A DNA stretch of 40,281 bases from Candidatus Eiseniibacteriota bacterium. Lineage in GTDB: Bacteria; Eisenbacteria; RBG-16-71-46; DASYSL01. The stretch's first letter is position 1; the number at the start of each line of letters is the position of its first letter. The notes under the pieces are model-generated. The model saw only the letters and a program-made list of their open reading frames with translations, was not told where the DNA came from and ran no database searches. Below are positions 7,643 through 15,696 of this stretch, one piece after another. A program made the translations under genes and the position numbers. Where the stretch lies: assembly GCA_046596055.1 (NCBI GenBank), contig JBKJNH010000240.1, forward strand, positions 1 to 40,281, read 5' to 3'.

Positions 7643-8769
7643 GCCGGCACCTCGTCGTGCGTCTTGTCGTACACCTTGAGCACGTTGTAGAGCGCGTCGC
7701 GCTCGACGGGCGTCTTGCCGGCCTCGCGAATGAGTTCGATCAGGCGCTCGCGCGCCAGGCCCAGCGGAGACTGGGCGAGCGCGGCATGGGCGATCTTCTC
7801 CTCGCCGATCGTGCCGTCGATGTCCGAGGCGCCGAAGTTGAGGCCCATCGACGCGGTCTCCTCGCCGAGCATCACCCAGTAGGACTTGACGTGCGGCACG
7901 TTGTCGAACACGAGCCGCGACATCGCGATCGTCCTGAGATCCTCGAGCGCCGAGGCCTGGCGCTCGACCAGGTCGGTGTAGCCCTTCTGGAACTCGAGCG
8001 GGATGAAGGCGAAGAACCCGGGCGCCTCGTCCTCGAGGTCGCGCAGGCGCAGCACGTGCTGCACGCGCTCCTCGTAGGTCTCGATGTGGCCGAACAGCAG
8101 CGTGCAGTTGGAGCGGATGCCCATCTGGTGGGCGATGCGGTGCACCTCGAGCCAGCGATCGGCGCCGATCTTCTGCTTGAACAGGATCTGCTTCACGCGC
8201 TCGCTGAACACCTCCGCGCCGCCGCCGGGCATGGTGTTCATTCCGGCCTCGACCATGTCGGTGAGGACTTCCTGGATCGACTTGCGGGCCAGCCGGGCGA
8301 AGAAGTCGATCTCGACGGCGGTCCACGCCTTGATCTGCAGATCGGGGTACTTGGCGCGGAGCTGGCGCACGATGTCGACGTAGTGCTCGTACTTCCACTT
8401 GGGGTGGAGACCGCCGACCATGTGGATCTCGGTGATCCCGCCCTCGCCGTGGGCGAGGATCTGGTCCATGTCCATCTCGTAGCCGTGGGTGTCGGTCGGG
8501 CTCTTCGCGTAGTCGCAGAAGATGCAGTCGAGCACGCACTTGTTGGTCGGGTTGAGCTGGCGGTTGAACACGAAGTACGTGCGGTCGCCGTGGAGGGCGG
8601 TCCGGTACGCGTCGGCCATGCGGCCCAGGGCGAGAACGTCGTCGGTCTCGAGCATCGCCACGCCGTCCGCGAGCGTCATCCGCTCGCCGGCCTTGAAGCG
8701 ATCCCAGATGCCGGCCAGGCGCCGGTCACGGAAGCGGATGTCGACGTCGACGGGAAGCGGGTGGGGCAC
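7639..8769 (-). CDS. mqnE: Radical SAM aminofutalosine synthase (MqnE-type)
   Basis: GTG start at 8769; 376 aa. Motifs are TYFVFNRQLNPTNKCVLDCIFCDYA, ITEIHMVGGLHP, IKAWTAVEIDFF, MPGGGAEVF, LLFGHIETYEERVQHVLRLRDLEDEAPGFFAFIPLEFQ, FDNVPHVKSYWVMLG and FGASDIDGTIGEEKIAHAA. These resemble the SCO4494-type MqnE as I recall it. Confidence 0.7.
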   Translation of the reverse strand: MPHPLPVDVDIRFRDRRLAGIWDRFKAGERMTLADGVAMLETDDVLALGRMADAYRTALHGDRTYFVFNRQLNPTNKCVLDCIFCDYAKSPTDTHGYEMDMDQILAHGEGGITEIHMVGGLHPKWKYEHYVDIVRQLRAKYPDLQIKAWTAVEIDFFARLARKSIQEVLTDMVEAGMNTMPGGGAEVFSERVKQILFKQKIGADRWLEVHRIAHQMGIRSNCTLLFGHIETYEERVQHVLRLRDLEDEAPGFFAFIPLEFQKGYTDLVERQASALEDLRTIAMSRLVFDNVPHVKSYWVMLGEETASMGLNFGASDIDGTIGEEKIAHAALAQSPLGLARERLIELIREAGKTPVERDALYNVLKVYDKTHDEVPA

Positions 8770-8772
8770 TCG

Positions 8773-8833
8773 ATCCTGCCTTTCGAGGGACGGTCGTGCA
8801 CCGCACGAATCGCGGCGTCGGCGAAGGCAGGAT
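8773..8833 (-). promoter_or_regulatory. Long imperfect hairpin whose 3' arm contains the mqnE Shine-Dalgarno
   Basis: The minus-strand RNA reads AUCCUGCCUUCG-cc-GACG-ccgcgauu-CGUGC-ggu-GCACG-ac-CGUC-ccu-CGAAAGGCAGGAU. It is followed by cga and then GUG, the mqnE start at 8769. The outer stem is 12 bp with one bulged A, and the AAGGCAGGA SD lies inside it. Confidence 0.5.
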
Positions 8834-8887
8834 ATCAGGGTTGGCGGATGCCGGAAAGCGGGGGCGGCCGGCGGCCGGGATCACCCC

Positions 8888-9058
8888 TCAGAGACGTGCG
8901 GAGCCCCCGGGTCCGGCCGCGGCCGGCGCGCTTTCGGCCGCGGCCGGCACCGGCGCCCACACCGGCGAAACGACGCCGGTCCGGACAACCAGGGCGAGCG
9001 CGACCACGCTCACGATGAAGAGCGCGGCGGCGAAGAAGACGAGGGAGAGGCGGTTCAT
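8888..9058 (-). CDS. 56-aa single-pass membrane protein of unknown function inside the mqn operon
   Basis: ATG 9058 is preceded by GGAGGA with a 7-nt spacer. The sequence is MNRLSLVFFAAALFIVSVVALALVVRTGVVSPVWAPVPAAAESAPAAAGPGGSARL. It corresponds to the last 56 codons of the otherwise wrong-frame track ORF 8888..10744. Confidence 0.5.
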   Translation of the reverse strand: MNRLSLVFFAAALFIVSVVALALVVRTGVVSPVWAPVPAAAESAPAAAGPGGSARL

Positions 9059-9192
9059 CGGTGCTTCCTCCGGGGTCGACCGCTTGGACGGTGGAGTCCC
9101 CCGAAAGGTTGCAGCGTTGCCCCGGACAATCGTGGGTGGAACAGAGACTTGACGAAGGAGCGAGGCGCGTTGGAAGCCGGCGGCGCGGTGGG

Positions 9193-11043
9193 TCAGCCTT
9201 TGAACAACTCGCCCCACCGCGCGTTCACCCGCTGCACGATCGCCTCGGGCATGACGACCGGCTCGGGGTAGCCGGTCTTCCACGTCGCGTCGATGGCCAT
9301 CAGGCCGCGGTGAGTCGGCCAGGCGCCGCGCAGCGTGCTCTCGGCGAAAAACACGTCCCGCGCCGCGTCGAAGCGCGTGAAGATGCCCCACAGGACGAGC
9401 ATCGGGTTGTCGAGCGGGACGTCCTCGCTCACGGCGGCGGCGATCCGCAGTCCGGCGAACACCGGCTCGGCGAGCACGGCCTCGAGCGCGGGGCGGCCGT
9501 GCTCCTCGGCGCGCACCTGCAGCACGAGAAGGACATCCTCGATCACGCGCGCCTCGCGCACGCCCGGGATGCGGCCCGCCAGTTCGCGCGCGGCCACGTC
9601 GCGACGCGCGCGCGCCTGTTCGCCGCGCTCGGCGTCGAGTTCGCGGCCTCGAGCGCTCGAGGCCGCGGGCGGCCGCGCGTCGCCGGGGCCCACGCCGCGG
9701 CGGCCCATGGCGTCGAGCACCATCTTCGAACCCAGGTTCATGCGCATCGACGTGAAATCGAGCGTGTCCTGCGGGACACCCGGCAGCAGGAGGAAGTCCT
9801 CGGCCGGGTCGAAGTGGTCGCGGATGGCGCCGAACACCGCACGCCAGTCGGTGACGTCGACGCCCTCGTCGACCAGCACGACGCACTTGGTCAACGACAG
9901 TTGCCCGGTGCCCAGCAGGCCCAGCGCCGAGCGCATGGCCTCCTTCGCGTAGCGCTCCTCGACCGCGACCGCCATCAGGTTGTGGAAGCCGGCCTCGAAG
10001 AACGCGTGCACCGCTTTCACTTCCTTGTGGATGATCCGCACCAGCGGGCCGATCAGCTCGCCCACGCCCTCGCCGATCGCCTTGTCTTCCTGCGGCGGCT
10101 TGCCGACGAACGACGCGTAGTAGACCGCGTTCTTCCGCCGCGTGATCGCCTGCACGTGAAACACGGGGAACGGCGCGGCGTGCGAGTAGTGCCCGAAGTG
10201 ATCGCCGAACGGGCCCTCGGTCCGCCGCTCGTGTGGCGGGACGATGCCTTCGAGGACGATCTCGGCCTCGGCCGGTGACCACGCGCCGTCGACGGTCGTG
10301 GCGCGCGCCAATGGCGTCGGCGCGCCGCGCAGGAACGCGGCGAACGCGAGCTCGTCGATGCCCTCGGGCAAGGGCGCGACGGCCGACAGCATGAGCGCGG
10401 GATCGGCGCCCAGAGCGACCGTGACCGGCAGCGGCAGCCCGCGCTTCTCGGCCTCGTGATGATGGAAGCCGCCGCCCTTCTGGATCTGCCAGTGCATGCC
10501 GGTCGTCTTCGCGTCGAACTGGTGCAGGCGATAGAGGCCCAGGTTGCGCCCGCCGGTCGCCGGGTCGTGCGTCAGCACCATGGGCCAGGTGAAGAAGCGC
10601 CCGCCGTCGCCGGGCCAGCACTTGAGAACGGGCAGTCGGTACAGGTCGAGCGGCTCGGTCACCTGCTGGCTCGCCCCCGAGCCGGGGCCGCCCTTCGTCA
10701 CGCGCGCCTGGAGCGCGCGGCCGATCGTGCCGCGCGAGTCCCACACCGCCTGCGGCGTCGGCGGCTTCATGCGCTCGAGGAAGGCGACCAGCTCCTCGCC
10801 CACGCTCGCGGGCTCGCGGCCGAGCGCGCGCTCGATGCGACGGCGCGTGGCCAGGGCGTTCATGGCGACGGGGATCGCCGAGCCCTTCACGCGGGTGAAC
10901 AGGAGCGCGGGTTTTTCCTCGCGCACGGCGCGCTGGGCGATCTCGCCGAGTTCGTACTCGGGATCGACTTCCGTCTCGATGACGCGGAGGTCCCCGTCGG
11001 CACGGAGCGCATCGAGGAACTGGCCGAGATTGCGGAAGGGCAT
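9193..11043 (-). CDS. UbiD-family decarboxylase (futalosine-pathway late-step type, SCO4490-like)
   Basis: The start is re-set to ATG 11043, one nt after the ubiX stop. The protein is 616 aa. Motifs are MPFRNLGQFLDALRADGDLRVIETEVDPEYELGEIAQR, FTWPMVLTHDPATGGRNLGLYR, MHWQIQKGGGFH and GPFGDHFGHY. Confidence 0.85.
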   Translation of the reverse strand: MPFRNLGQFLDALRADGDLRVIETEVDPEYELGEIAQRAVREEKPALLFTRVKGSAIPVAMNALATRRRIERALGREPASVGEELVAFLERMKPPTPQAVWDSRGTIGRALQARVTKGGPGSGASQQVTEPLDLYRLPVLKCWPGDGGRFFTWPMVLTHDPATGGRNLGLYRLHQFDAKTTGMHWQIQKGGGFHHHEAEKRGLPLPVTVALGADPALMLSAVAPLPEGIDELAFAAFLRGAPTPLARATTVDGAWSPAEAEIVLEGIVPPHERRTEGPFGDHFGHYSHAAPFPVFHVQAITRRKNAVYYASFVGKPPQEDKAIGEGVGELIGPLVRIIHKEVKAVHAFFEAGFHNLMAVAVEERYAKEAMRSALGLLGTGQLSLTKCVVLVDEGVDVTDWRAVFGAIRDHFDPAEDFLLLPGVPQDTLDFTSMRMNLGSKMVLDAMGRRGVGPGDARPPAASSARGRELDAERGEQARARRDVAARELAGRIPGVREARVIEDVLLVLQVRAEEHGRPALEAVLAEPVFAGLRIAAAVSEDVPLDNPMLVLWGIFTRFDAARDVFFAESTLRGAWPTHRGLMAIDATWKTGYPEPVVMPEAIVQRVNARWGELFKG

Positions 11044-11044
11044 G

Positions 11045-11620
11045 CTACTCGAGCTCCCCTTCGCGCCAGCCGCCCGGCACGTCGACGCCGACCAGTCGCA
11101 GCAGCTTGTTCGTCGTCCCGCGCACGAGCTCGTCGAGCGTCTTGGGATTCGCGTAGAACGGCGGGGAGAGCGGGAACACGATCGCCCCGGCGAGCGACAG
11201 CTTGTGCAGCGCCTCGAGCGTGATCGTCGACAGCGGAGTCTCACGGATGCCGATGACCAGCGGCATGCGCTCCTTCATCGCCACCATGGCCGCGCGTGTG
11301 ATCAACGTGTCGGCGATGCCGGCGGCGATCTTCCCCACCGTCGAGGCGCTGGCCGGCAGGATCAGGCAGCCGTCGTGACGGATCGAGCCCGACGCGAACG
11401 GAGCCGACAGGTCGTGATCGGGATGCACGGTCTTCGCGAGCGCGTCGAGGTCCTTCTCGGACAGGCCGGTCTCGGTGTGGATGACCATGCGCGCCCACTT
11501 GGAGACGACGAGGTGGGCTTCACCCGGGAAGGCCCGCAGAAAGTCGACGCCATACACGGCGCCGGAGGCGCCGGTCATGCCGACGACGACACGGAGGGGA
11601 CGGGGTTCGGGAGGGGTCAC
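11045..11620 (-). CDS. ubiX: UbiX-family flavin prenyltransferase
   Basis: 191 aa, with motifs LRVVVGMTGASGAVYG, PASASTVGKIAAGIADTLITRAA and RMPLVIGIRETPLS. Confidence 0.9.
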   Translation of the reverse strand: MTPPEPRPLRVVVGMTGASGAVYGVDFLRAFPGEAHLVVSKWARMVIHTETGLSEKDLDALAKTVHPDHDLSAPFASGSIRHDGCLILPASASTVGKIAAGIADTLITRAAMVAMKERMPLVIGIRETPLSTITLEALHKLSLAGAIVFPLSPPFYANPKTLDELVRGTTNKLLRLVGVDVPGGWREGELE

Positions 11621-11642
11621 GAGTGGAGCCTAGCAGGTGGCG

Positions 11643-12530
11643 CTAGAACGGCCAACCCTGGCCGGCGAGCACGACCGCGAGCACGACGAACCCGAGCCCG
11701 GCATTGATGCGGAAGAACGCGAGGTCCACGTTCCTCGCGCTGGCCTGCTGCCACGCGAGGCCGCCCGCGACCGCCGCGAGCGCGAGCGCGACCGCCGGCG
11801 TGGGCCAGCGCGACCACGCCCATGCGGCCAGCACCGCGAACCCGGCGACATGCACCAGGCGCGAGACGACGAGCGCGCGGGCCGAGCCCAGCGCCGCCGG
11901 CAGCGAGTGCACGCCGTCGGCGCGATCGAACGCCTCGTCGAGCGTGGCGTAGATGATGTCGAAGCCGGCGACCCACGCGAGCGTGAACAGCGCGAGTGGG
12001 CCGGTCTCGCGGAACGCGGCGGCAAGATCCGGCGTAACGGCCAGGAAGCCCCCGAGCGGCGAGAGCGCGAGTGCGGCGCCCACGCCGAAGTGGCACAGCG
12101 GCGTGAAGCGCTTGAGCAACGGATACAGGGCGAACACCGCGAGCGGGATCGGCGACAGCGCGAGGCAAAGCGGATTGAGCGCGGCCGCCGCAGCGAGGTA
12201 GACCACGGTGCCGGCCAGCGCCAGGAGCGCGCCCTCGCGCACGCTCATGCGGCCTGCGGGGAGTTCGCGCACGCGGGTGCGCGGGTTGCGCGCGTCGACG
12301 GCGCGATCGAGCAGGCGATTGAGCGCCAGTGCCGCCGTGCGGGCCCCGGTGCCGGCGAGCGCGATCCACAGAAGTGTCCACAGCGGGACGCCGCCGGGGG
12401 CGGCCAGCCACGCGCCGGCCAGGATCAGCGGCAGCGAGAACAGCGCGTGCTCGATCTTGACGAAGCTGGCGTAGACGCGGGCGCGCTCGCCGACCGTGGC
12501 GATGGGTGCGATGCGGCCGTCGGAGGTCAT
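11643..12530 (-). CDS. UbiA-family aromatic prenyltransferase (MqnP-like by context)
   Basis: The start is re-set to ATG 12530; 295 aa. The sequence includes FVKIEHALFSLPLILAG and the Asp-rich motif NRLLDRAVDARNPRT. It has multiple TM helices, including DIIYATLDEAFDRADGVHSLP. Confidence 0.8.
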   Translation of the reverse strand: MTSDGRIAPIATVGERARVYASFVKIEHALFSLPLILAGAWLAAPGGVPLWTLLWIALAGTGARTAALALNRLLDRAVDARNPRTRVRELPAGRMSVREGALLALAGTVVYLAAAAALNPLCLALSPIPLAVFALYPLLKRFTPLCHFGVGAALALSPLGGFLAVTPDLAAAFRETGPLALFTLAWVAGFDIIYATLDEAFDRADGVHSLPAALGSARALVVSRLVHVAGFAVLAAWAWSRWPTPAVALALAAVAGGLAWQQASARNVDLAFFRINAGLGFVVLAVVLAGQGWPF

Positions 12531-12602
12531 GCCGCGCAGGTTAGCCCATGCAGGGCTTGCCGGCGAGGCCCGGGCGCGGTATTCCTCCTTCAGGCCTCGG
12601 GA

Positions 12603-12734
12603 AACATCGACGCATTCGGCCGCCGCGGCCACGTGCGCTTCGCCGAGGAGGGGATCGAGATCCCGTATCCACAACGGGTCGTGCGGCTGGTGGGGAATTC
12701 GGCAGCAGTCTCCTTTCCCGGGAGTGACTTGTGA
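12603..12734 (+). pseudogene. C-terminal remnant of an MscS-family mechanosensitive channel gene
   Basis: The frame ending at TGA 12732-12734 reads NIDAFGRRGHVRFAEEGIEIPYPQRVVRLVGNSAAVSFPGSDL. The FxxxGIxIPYPQRxVxL block is the conserved extreme C-terminus of MscS-like proteins. The space where the rest of the gene should be is occupied by the opposite-strand ubiA-like gene. Confidence 0.5.
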
Positions 12735-14209
12735 TCGACCACCGTGGTACCACGCTCGTGGCGTGCGTTGTCGCCGTCGCTCATGCGCTCGCCCCGGTCG
12801 CCGCGCATGCCGGCGACTGGCGGAAGAACGTGACGCTCCTGTTCAGCGACCGCCTGCGCTACGAGTCCGTCGACTGGTTCGAGCCGGCGCCCGGCAACTA
12901 CGCCGACGGCGCCGCCCGCTACGACTACTTCGGGAACCAGTTCCGCTTCGGCGCGCGCTTCACGCTGCCCAACGTGCAGGTCGTGGTCGAGGGGCAGGAC
13001 ACGCGCGTCCTCGGACTGCCCGACGACGCGACGCGCGGGGCCGCTCCCGGCAACCTGGGCCCCGGGGCGAACTACTACCAGTACACGCCCGAGGTCGACC
13101 AGGGAGAGACGTTCGTCAAGCAGGCGTTCGTCACCGCGCGCTTCGGCGGATTCAACGCGACGCTCGGCCGCTTCGAGTGGGGCGAGGGCGTCGAGACGCT
13201 GCCGGGTGACGCGGACCTCCTGTGGATCAAGCGCGCGCGCATCACCGAGCGATTGATCGGCCCGTTCGGCTACACGCACGCCGCACGTTCGCTCGACGGC
13301 GTGCGGCTGTGGTTTGATCGACCCGACTGGAACGTGAGCGCGATCGCGGTGAACCCGACGGCCGGAGGATTCGAGATCAGCGCCGGCGAGGAGATGGACG
13401 AGGTCACGATCCTCGGGCTCAGTGCGAGCGCCAAGCGCCTGCCGTGGACTGCGCCCGCGGACGGCCGTGCTTTCTGGTTCCACTACGAGGACGAGCGCCT
13501 CCTCGACGGGCGGCCCGTGCGCGTCGACAATCGGCCCCTCGCGTCGCGGCAGGCCGACAGCACCGCGATCGCGCTCGACACCTTCGGCGGGCATGTCGCC
13601 ACGGTGATCGACGCGGGTCCCGGTCGGGTCGACGGGATGCTGTGGGGCGCGTGGCAGGGGGGCGACTGGGGAGCGCAAACTCACTCGGCGTTCGCCCTGG
13701 CGGTCGAGGCCGGATACCAGTGGCCGCGATGGTGGGGGAGCCCGTGGGTGCGGGCGGGCTGGAACGTCGCCTCGGGCGACGACGATGCGGGCGACGGCAC
13801 GCACGGCACGTTCGTGCCGTTGATCCCGACGCCGCGCATCTACGCGCTCACGCCGTTCTATACGGCGATGAACCTCGACGATCGATTCGTGCAGTTGATC
13901 CTCAAGCCGCACGCGCAAATCACCGTGCGCGCCGACTACCACGACCTGGCGCTCGTCGAGTCGAGCGACCTGTGGTACGCCGGCGGGGGGGCGATCCGCA
14001 GCGACATCTTCGGCTACGGCGGCCTGCCGTCGTCGGGGAGCGCCGGCCTGGCGCGGTTGGTCGACGTGGGTGTGACGTACGTGCCCATCCGCCCGATCTC
14101 GATCTACGGGTATTACGGGCGGGTCCTGGGGGGCGACGTGATCGCCGGCATGTTCCCGTCGGGCAGGAACGCGAACTACGGCTATCTCGAGGCGACGTAT
14201 CGCTGGTAG
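12731..14209 (+). CDS. Outer-membrane beta-barrel porin, alginate-export (AlgE-like) family
   Basis: GTG start; 492 aa. The signal peptide ends AHAGD. The sequence starts RLRYESVDWF with alternating beta-strand patterning throughout, and the C-terminus YGYLEATYRW ends in an aromatic residue. Confidence 0.7.
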   Translation: MIDHRGTTLVACVVAVAHALAPVAAHAGDWRKNVTLLFSDRLRYESVDWFEPAPGNYADGAARYDYFGNQFRFGARFTLPNVQVVVEGQDTRVLGLPDDATRGAAPGNLGPGANYYQYTPEVDQGETFVKQAFVTARFGGFNATLGRFEWGEGVETLPGDADLLWIKRARITERLIGPFGYTHAARSLDGVRLWFDRPDWNVSAIAVNPTAGGFEISAGEEMDEVTILGLSASAKRLPWTAPADGRAFWFHYEDERLLDGRPVRVDNRPLASRQADSTAIALDTFGGHVATVIDAGPGRVDGMLWGAWQGGDWGAQTHSAFALAVEAGYQWPRWWGSPWVRAGWNVASGDDDAGDGTHGTFVPLIPTPRIYALTPFYTAMNLDDRFVQLILKPHAQITVRADYHDLALVESSDLWYAGGGAIRSDIFGYGGLPSSGSAGLARLVDVGVTYVPIRPISIYGYYGRVLGGDVIAGMFPSGRNANYGYLEATYRW

Positions 14210-14977
14210 CTAGCTGCTGACCACCAGCGTCGGACCGCTCGGCAGGTGCGGGGCATCGACCGGCTCGAGCGTCACGAACAGCCGCTGCACCGGCGAGGTG
14301 TACGACTCGACCGGGATGGGCAACTGGTTGCGCACCACGCCATCCTCACCGAGCGCCAGGTCGCCGCAGTAGACGGGCGCCGAGGCGACCTCGGCCCACA
14401 GGCGGTAGACCTTGCCCTCGGTCGGCGCAGGCAGGCGATGCAAGGCGACCGCGCCGCGCTTCGCGTCGAGATCCAAAAGCACCGATCCGTACGCTCCCTT
14501 TGCCGCAAGCGCTCCCTTCATCACGAACGACTGGACGACGTTGGGCTGCTGCAGGGTCGAGTTGACCTCGGCCTGCAGAGCGAGCTCGCGGCGCAGGCGC
14601 GTGTTCTCGGCGCCGAGCACCAGCACGGCGACGGCCGCGGCGGCGGCAAGCCCTGCGGCGAGCCAGGCGCGGCCCGGACGCCGAACTCCGATCGGGCGCG
14701 CGGCGGACTTGATCGCGGCGACGATGGGAGGCGCGTCGGCGGACTCGGCGGCCATGGCTGCGGCGAGCACGCGCTCCCGCAGCGCCGGCGGCGGCGCCGC
14801 GGCGGTCGCGGCGGGAAGCACGGCGAAGACTTCGCGGGCGCTCGCGACCTCGGCGACGAGATCGGGTTCGGTGGCAAGTGCCCGCTCGAACGCGGCGAGT
14901 TCGGCGCCGGCCAACTCGCCGAGCACATACGCGACCACGTTGTCCTCGTGCGGCGCGATGGCGTCGTTCGGGTTCAT
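14210..14977 (-). CDS. Anti-sigma factor, RskA (anti-sigma-K) type
   Basis: ATGA overlap with the sigma gene. It has an N-terminal zinc-less anti-sigma helix region (VVAYVLGELAG), one TM helix (AWLAAGLAAAAAVAVLVLG), and a C-terminal RskA-like region with KVYRLWAEV...LFVTLEP. Confidence 0.8.
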   Translation of the reverse strand: MNPNDAIAPHEDNVVAYVLGELAGAELAAFERALATEPDLVAEVASAREVFAVLPAATAAAPPPALRERVLAAAMAAESADAPPIVAAIKSAARPIGVRRPGRAWLAAGLAAAAAVAVLVLGAENTRLRRELALQAEVNSTLQQPNVVQSFVMKGALAAKGAYGSVLLDLDAKRGAVALHRLPAPTEGKVYRLWAEVASAPVYCGDLALGEDGVVRNQLPIPVESYTSPVQRLFVTLEPVDAPHLPSGPTLVVSS

Positions 14978-15588
14978 CCGTCCAGTCCGATCTTGTCCCG
15001 CAAGGATTCGCGGAGGTTCTGGATGCCCATGCGCGACCAGGTCTTGACCGTGCCGAGCGGTGTGGACAGCGCGGCGGCGATCTCGGACTGGCTCATTCCC
15101 CGGTAGTACGCCATCTCCAGCACCAGCCGATGCTTCTCGGGCAGCCTCGCGAGCGCGCCGCGGACCCGCACCGCGTCGTCGGCCTCGAGCAGCGTGTCGA
15201 GAGGGGTCACCGGGTCGACGTCGGCCGGCGCCTCCCGCGTGAGCTCCTCGACGAATCCCGCACGACGCTTCCGGGCGCGAAGTCGGTCGAGCGCGAGCGA
15301 GCGCGTCATGCTCCCGAGGTACGCCCCGAGCGATCCGCGCGCGGGATCGAAGCGGCCGCGCCGCTGGAACACGAGAAACACTTCCTGCACCAGGTCCTCC
15401 GCGTCGTCAGGGTCGCGCAGGATGGCCCGCGCGAGTCCGTAGATCATGCCGGCGTGGCGATCGTAGATCGGCCCGAGCGCCCGCGCGCCACGGTCCGCGA
15501 GATCGCGGCACAGTTCGGCGTCGGACGGCAGCGTGGCCGCATCGGTCGTTCCCGGCATGGGGGGCATGCTCGATTCCTGTCGGTTCAA
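14974..15588 (-). CDS. ECF (sigma-70 group IV) RNA polymerase sigma factor
   Basis: Region 2 is DAEDLVQEVFLVFQRR. Region 4 is LPEKHRLVLEMAYYRGMSQSEIAAALSTPLGTVKTWSRMG. The track start is TTG 15588. ATG 15567, with AGGAA upstream, is an alternative. Confidence 0.9.
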   Translation of the reverse strand: MNRQESSMPPMPGTTDAATLPSDAELCRDLADRGARALGPIYDRHAGMIYGLARAILRDPDDAEDLVQEVFLVFQRRGRFDPARGSLGAYLGSMTRSLALDRLRARKRRAGFVEELTREAPADVDPVTPLDTLLEADDAVRVRGALARLPEKHRLVLEMAYYRGMSQSEIAAALSTPLGTVKTWSRMGIQNLRESLRDKIGLDG

Positions 15589-15696
15589 CTTCGACCCGCG
15601 GTCGCCGCCGCCTGCGCCCTGCCCGGCGGCGCCCCGGGGGCGCGTTCAGAAGGATTACGTCCGTGGTGCTTCGGCAGATTGCCGGCCGCGACGATT

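Noticed and set aside
8888-10744. 618-aa minus-strand ORF
   Set aside because: It is a wrong frame across the UbiD-like gene (Arg/Gly/Pro-rich). Only its last 56 codons, which have their own strong SD and a TM helix, look genuine.
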